Shown: piece by piece, positions 43,683-53,230 of the stretch
Layout: each line of letters opens with the position of its first letter
How positions within the stretch are numbered: position 1 is the first letter of the stretch
Assembly: GCA_030651135.1 (NCBI GenBank)
Contig: JAUSCS010000006.1
Location: forward strand, 68,851 to 132,850
Direction of reading: 5' to 3'
DNA length: 64,000 nt
Origin: Candidatus Woesearchaeota archaeon
GTDB taxonomy: Archaea; Nanobdellota; Nanobdellia; Woesearchaeales; JACPBO01
The notes under the pieces: model-generated
What the model was told of the DNA's origin: nothing
Database searches by the model: none
What the model saw: only the letters and a program-made list of their open reading frames with translations
Made by a program: the position numbers and the translations under genes

Positions 43683-44816
43683 TCAGCTATAAAGCTCCAG
43701 CACTCTTTTTACCTTGTAAATAGTTTTTTCCCACGAAAATTTCTCCACTATTGTTCTTCGCGCTTCTTCACCAAGTGCAGCCCTCGCTTCAGGGCTCTTT
43801 ATAAGAAACTCCAGTTTTTTAGATAAGATGTAAGAGTTCTGCTTTGGAAACAAAAGCCCGTTCTTCCCGTCCCGGATATATTCTTTTACAACACCCACGG
43901 GCGTGCATACAACCGGCAGGCATGCTGACATAGCTTCCATTGTTGACAGCGAGCTCGTCTCTGTTAAGGAAGGCAGGACATAAATATCCATTGCCTGCAG
44001 ATAAGGCACAACATTATTTACCGCGCCGCTCAAAATTATGCTTTTTCTTCTTCCGAATAATTCTTTCAATTCTTTTCTTCCTTCCCCTACAATAAGCAGC
44101 CTAATATTCTGGTAAGATCTTTCAAGCCTTATGAATGCCCTGTATAATGTAAGCAGGTCTTTTTCAAATCCGATTCTTCCGACAAAGCCTATAATGATGC
44201 TGTCTTCGGCCAATCCCAAATTCTTCTTCGCTTGTTTTTTATTTGTTGAGGGGATAAATTTATGAACATTCACGCCCAGCTGCACAACTGTTTTTTTTGT
44301 CTTTATCCCCTGCCATGTCAGCAATTCAGCAATCTGTAAAGAAGGAACCATTATTATGTCGCATTTATTATAAAGAAACCATGCAATTATCTTGACTATA
44401 AAATACGTCCACCACCCGATAAATCTGTTTCTCGATGTGCTTTTGCTTACAAGTTCCCATTCTATTGAATGGATATATGCTATTGCTGTTTTTTTCAGCC
44501 TCTTTGCAATAAAAATAGTGGCTGCGCCGATTGGCCCGATTGTCTGTGTCCAGACTAAGTCAGCATCTTTTACAAACTGCTTTATGCTCTTATAAACAAT
44601 CTTTGGAGGGTTATAATCGCCGATCTGGAATTCGTGCACTTTGAGCCTTATCACTTTTACATTTTCTATCTCCTTGTACTCTCCTTTAAAATCCGGCGCA
44701 AGCACTGTAACATCATAATCGTCTTTTATGGCGGGCAGTATCTCTGACAGAAATCTTGAAACGCCATCCCATCTTGGCAAAAATGAGTCTGTTGCAATCA
44801 AAAGCTTTGGTTTCAT
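43683..44816 (-). CDS. Glycosyltransferase family 4
   Basis: GFVGRIGFEK, YVLPSLTETSSLSTMEAMSA; start ATG 44816. Confidence 0.9.
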   Translation of the reverse strand: MKPKLLIATDSFLPRWDGVSRFLSEILPAIKDDYDVTVLAPDFKGEYKEIENVKVIRLKVHEFQIGDYNPPKIVYKSIKQFVKDADLVWTQTIGPIGAATIFIAKRLKKTAIAYIHSIEWELVSKSTSRNRFIGWWTYFIVKIIAWFLYNKCDIIMVPSLQIAELLTWQGIKTKKTVVQLGVNVHKFIPSTNKKQAKKNLGLAEDSIIIGFVGRIGFEKDLLTLYRAFIRLERSYQNIRLLIVGEGRKELKELFGRRKSIILSGAVNNVVPYLQAMDIYVLPSLTETSSLSTMEAMSACLPVVCTPVGVVKEYIRDGKNGLLFPKQNSYILSKKLEFLIKSPEARAALGEEARRTIVEKFSWEKTIYKVKRVLELYS

Positions 44817-44820
44817 CTTG

Positions 44821-45468
44821 TTACCTTTCCTTCCAAAACACCTCTGCAAACCTGCATTTATTTTTTAGGCCATTGACTATTGCCTTCAAATAAACGCTCC
44901 ACAAAAGGAATAATAGCGAGAGCTTCTGGCTTTCAAAGCAGTTAAGTGCGTTTATCTTTGTCTTGAATGTATCTGAAATATCAACAACAAGCTTCGGGAG
45001 GTTCCTTTTTCCTATCTTTAACGGATTCCAGATTGCAAAGCTGTAAACATCGCCCTTATAGCTTAATTCATCTGCAATCTCCATTACAAGCTGGTATGTT
45101 TCCCGATGGTCTTTATGAGGATCATCTGATGTATGCGTGAATATCTTCGATGGCTTTATTTTTTTAATAATTTTTTTAATGTTCTCTTTCATATTTTTTT
45201 CTTCTGCCTGCAGCCTGAATTTTCCCTCTTTCAAGCCGATAAAAACAACGCCCTTGCCGCCAATGACTTCATCTGCCTTTTTTGCTTCATCAACCCTTGT
45301 CTCAACTGCCACTTTCCTTTGAAAATGAGGATGGCTGCTCTCGCCGTATGAAAGGACAATCGTATATATTTCCTTCCCTTCTTTCGCATATTTTGCCAAA
45401 GTGCCGCCTGGACCGAATATCTGGTCATCAGAATGGGAGCATATTACAATTATTGATTCTGTTGGCAT
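44821..45468 (-). CDS. PIG-L/LmbE family deacetylase
   Basis: SHSDD..G.GGTL, DPHKDH. Confidence 0.88.
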   Translation of the reverse strand: MPTESIIVICSHSDDQIFGPGGTLAKYAKEGKEIYTIVLSYGESSHPHFQRKVAVETRVDEAKKADEVIGGKGVVFIGLKEGKFRLQAEEKNMKENIKKIIKKIKPSKIFTHTSDDPHKDHRETYQLVMEIADELSYKGDVYSFAIWNPLKIGKRNLPKLVVDISDTFKTKINALNCFESQKLSLLFLLWSVYLKAIVNGLKNKCRFAEVFWKER

Positions 45469-45598
45469 AAGCCTTGTTTTAGGGGAAGTTATTAATTAAT
45501 CTTTCTAAATCCGGCCTTGAAAATAAAAAGATTTATAAAGGGAAAATACGGGTTCGTGTATGGCCGTAAATCCTATTTAGGGCTTCTAAAAAAAGAAG

Positions 45599-46105
45599 AT
45601 GAAACTTTCAAACAACATAATTGAAAATGTAGTCAAAGAAGTCGCTGGCGAAGACACGATTCCTTTAGTCAGATATCTAAAGAACAAGAAAAATGTCTCT
45701 GAGTTCAAGATAGCAGAAGCTGTAAAGCGGGAAATAAACGAAACAAGAAATATGCTTTACCGCCTCTATAATGCGAATATGGTCTCTTTTAACAGGAAAA
45801 AAGACAAAAAAAAGGGGTGGTACATCTATTATTGGACTTTCGACAATAAAAGGGTCAAATATCTCTTTTTTGATTTAAAAAGGAAGAAAATAGAGAAGCT
45901 TAAGGAAAGGCTCATAAGGGAAAACAGCGGCATTTTTTTCATCTGCAAAAACAAGTGCATCCGCCTTATTTTTGAGCAGGCTGTTGATTTCAGCTATAAA
46001 TGCCCCGAATGCGGCCAGCTTCTTGAGCAGGAAAACAACAGCAAAACAATAGAAGATATAGAAAAAGAAATAAGAGATTTGGAAAAAGAGCTAAAAACGA
46101 GTTAA
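45599..46105 (+). CDS. tfe: Transcription factor E (TFE alpha)
   Basis: Winged helix RNMLYRLY...GWYIYYW and Zn ribbon C..KC...CPECG. Confidence 0.9.
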   Translation: MKLSNNIIENVVKEVAGEDTIPLVRYLKNKKNVSEFKIAEAVKREINETRNMLYRLYNANMVSFNRKKDKKKGWYIYYWTFDNKRVKYLFFDLKRKKIEKLKERLIRENSGIFFICKNKCIRLIFEQAVDFSYKCPECGQLLEQENNSKTIEDIEKEIRDLEKELKTS

Positions 46106-46106
46106 T

Positions 46107-46316
46107 TTATTTCTTTTTGCCCTTAACTGCCTTTTCTATTCTGTATTCCTCTTTAACTATCTTGTTGGCCATGTTTTCTATATGCATTTCTACCCTGGCT
46201 ATTCTCCTTTCCATAAGAACAAGCACGCGCAAACTGTAGACTATTGCAGCCAATGTCCCAATTATAATGGCTAATGTTATCCTAATCACGGCATCTGTTC
46301 CTGCTAAAGCAACCAT
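46107..46316 (-). CDS. Small single-TM protein
   Basis: GAGGTGA RBS before ATG 46316; TM helix followed by a charged helix. Confidence 0.7.
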   Translation of the reverse strand: MVALAGTDAVIRITLAIIIGTLAAIVYSLRVLVLMERRIARVEMHIENMANKIVKEEYRIEKAVKGKKK

Positions 46317-46435
46317 CAAAATCACCTCTTTTATACACTATGATAAACACTTATAAAAATCCGTAGTATATAAATTTTTGGTTTTTTTAAACGAGAACAA
46401 ATAACTTTATAAACTAATTATAATTTCTGGCTGCT

Positions 46436-46834
46436 ATGAACGTAAAAGATCTGGAATCAAAACAAGGCAATGTTGACATTGTGCTTGACATAGTTGAAGT
46501 TTCACCTCCCAGAGAATTCAGCAAGTTCGGAAGAACCGGGAAAGTTGCAAATGTAATTGCAAAAGACCATCTCGGGGATAAAATAAAAATAACGTTGTGG
46601 AATGACCAGATCGAAACAGTTAAAGCAGGAGATAAGGTTCATATTAAAAACGGCTATGTAAATGAATGGCAGGGAGAAAAGCAGCTTACAACAGGCAAGT
46701 TCGGAACATTAGAGGTTGTTAGTTCTTCTGCACCAAGCGAGAAGAAAGAACCTGAAGAAAGCAAGGAAATTTTTTCCAATATAGTCAAGGAAAATGAAGG
46801 GGAAGATATCGATCTTGAAGAAGAAGAGATATAA
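46436..46834 (+). CDS. Single-OB-fold SSB/RPA with acidic tail
   Basis: IKITLWNDQI, GDKVHIKNGYVNEWQG, QLTTGKFG; tail EDIDLEEEEI. Confidence 0.87.
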   Translation: MNVKDLESKQGNVDIVLDIVEVSPPREFSKFGRTGKVANVIAKDHLGDKIKITLWNDQIETVKAGDKVHIKNGYVNEWQGEKQLTTGKFGTLEVVSSSAPSEKKEPEESKEIFSNIVKENEGEDIDLEEEEI

Positions 46835-46912
46835 TTTTGTTTTAAAAAATTCTGTTTTTCTTGAAAAAAAGCGAAAACAATATAAATAATCATAAAATCA
46901 AGATTCTATAGC

Positions 46913-47019
46913 GGGGCGTTAGCTCAGCCTGGGTCTGCAATACGCAGGAAAGAGCACACGGCTGAAGACCGTGGTGTCAGGGATTCAAAAGAATTATGCT
47001 GAAAGTTCCCTACGCCCCA
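46913..47019 (+). tRNA. tRNA-Phe(GAA) with two introns (D-loop about 20/21: 46934-46950; 59/60: 46990-47005)
   Basis: Acceptor GGGGCGT/ACGCCCC, arm CACGG-CTGAAGA-CCGTG, BHB helices CCTG/CAGG and TTCA/TGAA with 3-nt bulges. Confidence 0.92.
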
Positions 47020-47023
47020 CTTC

Positions 47024-49186
47024 TTATATTGCGCCACCTGTTCCTTGAAGTGAAGGCAAAATCTGTACAGTAATCAGGGTGAATATTACTGTGATTATCG
47101 CTGCAACAATGCAGTAAAGTATTAGGCTCTTCATCATATTGTTCCCGAGAAGATATTTTTCATTTAATGAATCAGATCCGTTCTCTATTCCATTCTCAAG
47201 CACAGTCAGCAAATAAATTATCTGAACTATGTAAATCCCAACAACAAGCTGGAAGTAATATGGCGGAATCCCTGGGTTGTCGAAGATGTTGCCCAGATTT
47301 TGTCCTCCATCTGCAACAGTTGGCATTATTTTTGCGATAGCCCCAAGTATTGATGTTATCATTGCCGTTATTCCTATCACAATACCGGATATCACAGGAG
47401 TTAGAAAATTTATCTGTGATTTCATCGACGATATTATGTCTGCCATCAGGTCCTTCAGCCTTTCATCAACTTTATGTATTTCTTTTATGTAACGAGAAAC
47501 ATTTGTTAATGACTGCGCAGCAATCATTGCTCCTTTTTTTGAGCTTTCAACCAGCACTTTCATAGAGCTTTCGATTATATTTGAGGGAAAAGACAGCAAT
47601 GCTCCGTATTTTGGATCGAATATTGCTTGCTGAACGCTCATGCCAAGCCTTCTTATGTTCTGATCAACCTTCTGGAAAAAGCTCCCGGAAACCGTGCCTT
47701 GCATATCTTCAGCTACTTTGCCAAAAGCAATCTCTGCAGGCAGCCCATCTCCAAGGCGGGATCCAAGTGCAAATAAAGCAGATGCAAACTCAGTTTCCAG
47801 GCGTTTCGAATCCTCTCTTATTTTCATTAAATGATCTGATCTCAGCTTGAAGTAAATTCCAATTGCGATTCCTAAGCCGAGAGGCAGCAATAAGCTGAAT
47901 AAAGCTGCTACAGGGCTATATGGTCCGGTTTCAATTCCCGTAGTTTTTTCAGGCCTATAATCGAGAAGTTTTATGTCCAAAGCGCTACCACCGCCGACTT
48001 CCATTATTATTGGGTCAAAGCCCGGAAATATTATATGATATATGATTGGCGTGAGGCCAATAATAAATAAGACCGATGCAATAATAACCGATGCAATGAT
48101 CGGGCTGATTAAAATCTCAGACTTTCCGATTTTTATAACTATATTTTTATATCTCCTGAACTGCGGATTGAACTCAGATATATCTGTATCACCATAGCCA
48201 GTTGGCCTTTGCGACAGTATGTTTTTTCCCATATAAAAAACAGCTATTGGCAATGCAATATTATAAAGAGCCGCTAAATGGAACCACTTCACGCCTCCCA
48301 TAAAGCTGACAACTAAAGGCAGTATGACCAATCCGAGTATTGGCAAAATTATCCCCATCATATGCAGCATTGTAATGGGTGATTGAAGGCCGTGCGCATA
48401 ATGCAGCATTTTCTCGTAAGTTTCTTCAAGAATAACCGATAATGACTTATCAAGCAAACCCTGTCTTCTTGCCTCATCTCCCTCATATAATGATGATTCA
48501 ATTAAATGTATTGCTTCAATAAACTCCATATTCCATTTTCTCCATGATTCGAGATATGCCCCCATGGAATCCTTTACCGACTTATACTTCTCAGTTTCAA
48601 CATCCCACAAAACCTTTTTTAAATCGAGTGAAAGCGGCGGCGTAAGATGATTTGATGCAAATTCGATTGCGAGCTCCAAGTTTGAAGTGTGCCTCATATA
48701 AGTCACAATATAGAATACGCACAGCACCATCTGGTTGCTTGCCTTCATTCGCCAGCCATTGGCGAGGTATTCTGGAATCTTTTGTAGCGGCAAAATCATT
48801 ATCAGGGCAGCCATTACGAAAAACATTACGAAAAACAATCCGCCAGTCAGCACAAATCCAAATACAGATCCGAGCAGGGCAACAACCAAGGGCATCAGCA
48901 GCGAAAAGCTTTGAACGCCGGCAGGAGTGACTTCAAGATGCGCTATTTTTATTGATTCTTCAATTGCAGGAAGGGCTTTCTTGCTTGGCTGCATCCTGAG
49001 AATTTTCTCGCTAATATTGCAAAGCTGCTCATAGATCGTATATTGCCTTGGCATCAGCTCTTTTTTGAATGTTTTATATTCACGAGAAAGTACTTTTGGC
49101 GCGCCTGTTTCCTGCTTGCCTTCTATGGCTAGCTTTATCTTATCCTCATACCTCTTTTTCAAATCATCAAATCCCAGATTATCCAT
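47024..49186 (-). CDS. Type IV pilus/T2SS-F (TadC/FlaJ-like) membrane platform protein
   Basis: Two repeats of a cytoplasmic domain plus TM bundle, NLELAIEF, GDGLPAEIAF; adjacent to a secretion ATPase. Confidence 0.82.
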   Translation of the reverse strand: MDNLGFDDLKKRYEDKIKLAIEGKQETGAPKVLSREYKTFKKELMPRQYTIYEQLCNISEKILRMQPSKKALPAIEESIKIAHLEVTPAGVQSFSLLMPLVVALLGSVFGFVLTGGLFFVMFFVMAALIMILPLQKIPEYLANGWRMKASNQMVLCVFYIVTYMRHTSNLELAIEFASNHLTPPLSLDLKKVLWDVETEKYKSVKDSMGAYLESWRKWNMEFIEAIHLIESSLYEGDEARRQGLLDKSLSVILEETYEKMLHYAHGLQSPITMLHMMGIILPILGLVILPLVVSFMGGVKWFHLAALYNIALPIAVFYMGKNILSQRPTGYGDTDISEFNPQFRRYKNIVIKIGKSEILISPIIASVIIASVLFIIGLTPIIYHIIFPGFDPIIMEVGGGSALDIKLLDYRPEKTTGIETGPYSPVAALFSLLLPLGLGIAIGIYFKLRSDHLMKIREDSKRLETEFASALFALGSRLGDGLPAEIAFGKVAEDMQGTVSGSFFQKVDQNIRRLGMSVQQAIFDPKYGALLSFPSNIIESSMKVLVESSKKGAMIAAQSLTNVSRYIKEIHKVDERLKDLMADIISSMKSQINFLTPVISGIVIGITAMITSILGAIAKIMPTVADGGQNLGNIFDNPGIPPYYFQLVVGIYIVQIIYLLTVLENGIENGSDSLNEKYLLGNNMMKSLILYCIVAAIITVIFTLITVQILPSLQGTGGAI

Positions 49187-49187
49187 T

Positions 49188-51449
49188 TTAGCTTTGCTTG
49201 ACGGCCCTCTTCAGCCATTCATTCCAGTCAAAAAATATTCTTTTCGAATCTAAAAATCCGACTTCTTCTTTTACAGCATCAGATATTTTGTGAAATTTGT
49301 CATTTGCCAGAACAACAAACTTTGCTTCGAGCAAATCAGGCGTTTTCGTCTTATCAGCTGCATCAACTATTGCTTCTTTTATTTTAGCCCTTAGCAGTAT
49401 ATTGTCCCATACTGCATCCCAGTTGCCAGCCCATTCCTTGACATTGCCTGCTATTGCTTTCAATATGTCAGAATCTCCATTTACCAGATCCTTGCTCGCT
49501 TCTAAGCTGTCTGTTTTTGAATTGTATTTCATTAAATCGACAAACCCGCCTTCAGTCAAAGGATCATCTTCCCAGAATTTCCTGACTTCAGTTATTTGCG
49601 TAACTCTTCTCCATCTGTGAAGGCCGTCTGCTGATCTTATAGGATTTGCAACAACTATGACATCAGTTGCCTTGAAGCTTGTTCTTGGCACTCCAAGATC
49701 ATTAACAACCCTGTCAAATACGCCATAAGGTGAATCGCCATGTATTGTTCCTGCAACAACATTTGCTAATGCGCCCACTCTCATTGCCTCATATAGTGCT
49801 TTTGCTTCTGTCGAACGAACTTCTCCTACAACCAGCGCAGAATCTCCTAATCTGAGCGTTGATCTTATTCCCTCATCCGCAGAAACTTCTGTTGTTCCTT
49901 TGGTTAAAGCGCTTGCCACTTTCATTGACTGTATGTTATAGCCCAGATTTCTAAGGGCAGAAACCGGGAGTTCTAAGGTGTCCTCAATAGTTATTATCCT
50001 GTATTTTCTCATGATATCAACCATAACAGCCCCCAGCAGTGATGTTTTTCCTGCAGATCTTGTTCCTGCAACAAGCATTGTCCTTGATCCATCTATTATG
50101 AAACTAAGAATTCCTCCTGCAAGCGGATTTATCATTCCATTCTTGATGAACAATGGCAAAGTCCAGGGCTTATCCCTGTGCCTCCTGAATGCATATGCCA
50201 GTCCAGTTGGGTTAAGAGGGGGAGAAATAACACCGACTCTTGCCCTTGCCCCGGGTATTGAAATTTCTGTATCGAGAATCGGATTTGCTTCATCCAATGG
50301 CCTTCCGGAAAGCATCCTTAATTTTGATGCCCATGATTCTGCTTCTGTGCTTGTCGGAATGATGTTTGTCATGCAGTCCCCAAAATCCTGGTGCACAATA
50401 AACATAGGAGTCCTACCCATTGGGCTGTTGATTGTAACATCCTGCACTTTCTCGTCTTTCAGCAAGACTTCAATAAGCCCGAATCCGATTGTATATCTGA
50501 CCAGAATGCTTGCCAATTCGCTGATCTCCCTCTCCCTCATCTTCATATTTTTGTAAGATGCAAGTTCCTCTATCAAATCCCTTCCGACATTGAAGAAAAC
50601 TTCCCTCATTCTTTCAGGGTCTGTGAACTCTGCTTTTGTCGGCTTATGCTCGGCCATTATCTTTCTTGCAGCATCCAGCACATCATACTTTTCCTCGCTT
50701 AGCTTAAATTCGGGCGGAGTCATATGATAAAGGTACTGTACGGTGTCAGGAAACCCGAATATCATGACTTCGGTGCCGTCAATATCGTAATTATCCAGCT
50801 CTTCGCCATTTTCAGGATAAGCTGCCATTAATTTTGTGAACATGAAATCCGGCTTTATTATCGGGTTGAATATCTTTCTGTAAACAGCCCTGTCCCCTCT
50901 TTTGTATCCTGCAAGATAAGGCTGCGCAAGAGCCATCATCTTTGTTTTGCTTAAAAGCCTCAGCACATAATTCAATATTGAGAGGTATTTTTTAGAGCAT
51001 GGAACATACCGCTCGTCAATGGTTTTTTCCAGTATTATTTTTTCATGCCTTATTAACCGCTTGATTTCAATATATGCGTCTATCGGGTCAGATTTAAGCA
51101 TCTTAAAAACAATATTCTGCGTATCAGCATACCATTTATCCGCGTAAGCCCTGCAGTAGGGATCTGATGCAAGATTTTCATAGCCAAAAACATCGCGCTG
51201 CTTTGTCAGATGCTTGTAAAGCCTCGCTATCTCTGCCAGCAGCCTGGTTTGCGCATAATCATACTCATAATCCCTTTTCTGCGAGAATACTATCTTCGTG
51301 ATATTGCCTATCTCAGTTAATACATCTACTGCGCGGGACATGCATGCTGATGAATCTTCCAGTGAAGGGGCAAAATCCCAGTTTTCGGCGTTGAACTTAA
51401 GCACAGTATCCTCGCCTTCCCTTATTACATCATAATCCTCGTCCGGCAT
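49188..51449 (-). CDS. Type II/IV secretion (VirB11/TadA/FlaI-like) ATPase
   Basis: Walker A GTRSAGKTS, TIEDTLEL, VGEVR, GTIHG. Confidence 0.92.
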   Translation of the reverse strand: MPDEDYDVIREGEDTVLKFNAENWDFAPSLEDSSACMSRAVDVLTEIGNITKIVFSQKRDYEYDYAQTRLLAEIARLYKHLTKQRDVFGYENLASDPYCRAYADKWYADTQNIVFKMLKSDPIDAYIEIKRLIRHEKIILEKTIDERYVPCSKKYLSILNYVLRLLSKTKMMALAQPYLAGYKRGDRAVYRKIFNPIIKPDFMFTKLMAAYPENGEELDNYDIDGTEVMIFGFPDTVQYLYHMTPPEFKLSEEKYDVLDAARKIMAEHKPTKAEFTDPERMREVFFNVGRDLIEELASYKNMKMREREISELASILVRYTIGFGLIEVLLKDEKVQDVTINSPMGRTPMFIVHQDFGDCMTNIIPTSTEAESWASKLRMLSGRPLDEANPILDTEISIPGARARVGVISPPLNPTGLAYAFRRHRDKPWTLPLFIKNGMINPLAGGILSFIIDGSRTMLVAGTRSAGKTSLLGAVMVDIMRKYRIITIEDTLELPVSALRNLGYNIQSMKVASALTKGTTEVSADEGIRSTLRLGDSALVVGEVRSTEAKALYEAMRVGALANVVAGTIHGDSPYGVFDRVVNDLGVPRTSFKATDVIVVANPIRSADGLHRWRRVTQITEVRKFWEDDPLTEGGFVDLMKYNSKTDSLEASKDLVNGDSDILKAIAGNVKEWAGNWDAVWDNILLRAKIKEAIVDAADKTKTPDLLEAKFVVLANDKFHKISDAVKEEVGFLDSKRIFFDWNEWLKRAVKQS

Positions 51450-51450
51450 A

Positions 51451-51600
51451 TTATTTCCTCTTCTGGTTTTGATTTTTTAATGTTTCAAGAGCAATCTCAA
51501 TCAGATGCGACTTATTCCTGTATCTTGTCTTGTCTTTTAATTCAGAATCGATCCATTCGATCAGGTCTTCTTCAATTGTCGCGCTGATTGGCTTTTTCAT
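51451..51600 (-). CDS. 49-aa ribbon-helix-helix protein (not in the ORF track)
   Basis: MKKPISATIEEDLIEWIDSELKDKTRYRNKSHLIEIALETL...; alternating beta-strand followed by the NKSHLIE helix; stop is 1 nt before the ATPase ATG. Confidence 0.78.
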   Translation of the reverse strand: MKKPISATIEEDLIEWIDSELKDKTRYRNKSHLIEIALETLKNQNQKRK

Positions 51601-51750
51601 TGCATTTTCAGATCATCATCTTGCAAGGCATTCATATTGTTTATATTATAAAATATATTTTATAGTATTTTATTTATTTTATAATATACTTGAAAGAAGA
51701 AGTATTTAAGGATTGCGGTTTTTTGAAATTTGGCTAAGAAAAGGGTTAAA

Positions 51751-51841
51751 TGCACCGGCCGGGATTTGAACCCGAATAAATGGCTCGCTTCTAAGCATTG
51801 GCTAGTGGAAGGCCATTGTCATGCCATTAGACCACCGGTGC
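51751..51841 (-). tRNA. tRNA-Gly(UCC) with a canonical 37/38 intron (51786-51805)
   Basis: GCACCGG/CCGGTGC acceptor, ATGGC-CTTCCA|A-GCCAT arm, perfect BHB CTTC/GAAG. Confidence 0.93.
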
Positions 51842-51934
51842 ACAGCTTGTGAAAAACCACTTTATTTTATAAAACTTTTCATATTCGCGCTAAAAAACAA
51901 AATCTTTTTATACTTCCTTATCAAAAACGCCCTT

Positions 51935-52138
51935 ATGGCGGAAAGAGATATACGGTCGCTTCAGAGGGAAAGAAGAAGGCTGGGCAGAACAATAAGGTCG
52001 CTTAAAAGAGAGAATATATTGAAAAGAGGCGATGAAGCTGCAAGGGGTAAAAAAAGAGGCGGATTTGGGTTTGTCTTTTTGCTTATGCTGATTGCAGTAT
52101 TTATTCTGTGGTATTGGTTCTTTTATCTGAGAAAGTGA
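51935..52138 (+). CDS. Small basic tail-anchored membrane protein
   Basis: 67 aa, Arg-rich N-terminus and a C-terminal TM helix; start ATG 51935. Confidence 0.55.
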   Translation: MAERDIRSLQRERRRLGRTIRSLKRENILKRGDEAARGKKRGGFGFVFLLMLIAVFILWYWFFYLRK

Positions 52139-53133
52139 TTGAAGTTCTCCATAAACCTTTCAAAATCCTTTTTCTTTATATTCGCTCCGCATGCCATCTC
52201 ATGCCCGCCGCCATAACCGTCAATGCCGACAAGCGCCTTTTCGAGAACATCTCTCACATTTATTTTTGACGCCCTGAAGCTAAGCTTAACTTCTTCTGAT
52301 CTTTCCCGCCCGATAACTATGATCTTCTCAGGATATTTGTGAAGGAAATAATTTGACAGCTCTTTTGTAAAGCTAATTTTGACATCTTTATATATACATA
52401 GGAAAGTCTTGCCTTCAGCTTTTGTTTTTAAAGCCTCTTCCAGCAATTCTTCATACTCTTTGTTTATTTTTTCATACTGATGATAGATGAATTTTCCCTG
52501 CGGCGTGCTCTGATCCAAAATCTCATAAGGCTCATTTATTCTCGTCAATATCTTTATGCATTTGTTGGCATTATCTGTGTCGCCTTTTATGACAAAGGAA
52601 AAGATTTTCATCAGCTCTCCAAGCTTTGTTTCAAACATTATCTTTTCAGGGTCTTTTATATTCTCGGGCAATAAGTCAGGATATTTTTCAGAAAATTCTT
52701 TAGCATATTCAGGATAAAACCAGTCAGCTGCTGCCCCTAATGTAGCAAGCCACAGGTCGCCACCTGCAGCTTTATAACAGATATACGTTACCGGGACATT
52801 CTTACCCTCAAGCCTTGGGTTAAAATAAATGATTTTTTTCTTTTCCAATGGCTCATGGTGATCAATCATAACTATCTTTGTCTTAACAGCATCTATGAAC
52901 TCATCATCAATCATTGCAATATCCAGCACAAAGATCTTGTCTGGCTGATACTCCTCTACTTTTCTTATGAATTTGCTGTCAATCCTGGGCGTGGCTTTGA
53001 CAATAATTCCTTTCCCTTCCTTTATGAACTTGTAAAACAGCAGAAATGAGCATATTCCATCTGCGTCATCATGGAAGAAAAACAGCGGCTTTGTGCAGCT
53101 TTCAAGCTCTTCTTTGATCTTGGCATAATCCAT
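52123..53133 (-). CDS. DHH/DHHA1 phosphoesterase (RecJ/NrnA-like)
   Basis: HDDADG, VLDIA, IDHH, GGGHEMACG. Confidence 0.9.
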   Translation of the reverse strand: MDYAKIKEELESCTKPLFFFHDDADGICSFLLFYKFIKEGKGIIVKATPRIDSKFIRKVEEYQPDKIFVLDIAMIDDEFIDAVKTKIVMIDHHEPLEKKKIIYFNPRLEGKNVPVTYICYKAAGGDLWLATLGAAADWFYPEYAKEFSEKYPDLLPENIKDPEKIMFETKLGELMKIFSFVIKGDTDNANKCIKILTRINEPYEILDQSTPQGKFIYHQYEKINKEYEELLEEALKTKAEGKTFLCIYKDVKISFTKELSNYFLHKYPEKIIVIGRERSEEVKLSFRASKINVRDVLEKALVGIDGYGGGHEMACGANIKKKDFERFMENFNHFLR

Positions 53134-53230
53134 AGCATTATGAAATAGAGTGTTTATTTAAATATTTACCTTAGTTGCATTGGACATCTCTGCTGCTTAA
53201 CTTTATAAACCCCAAAAGCATTCCCTCTTT

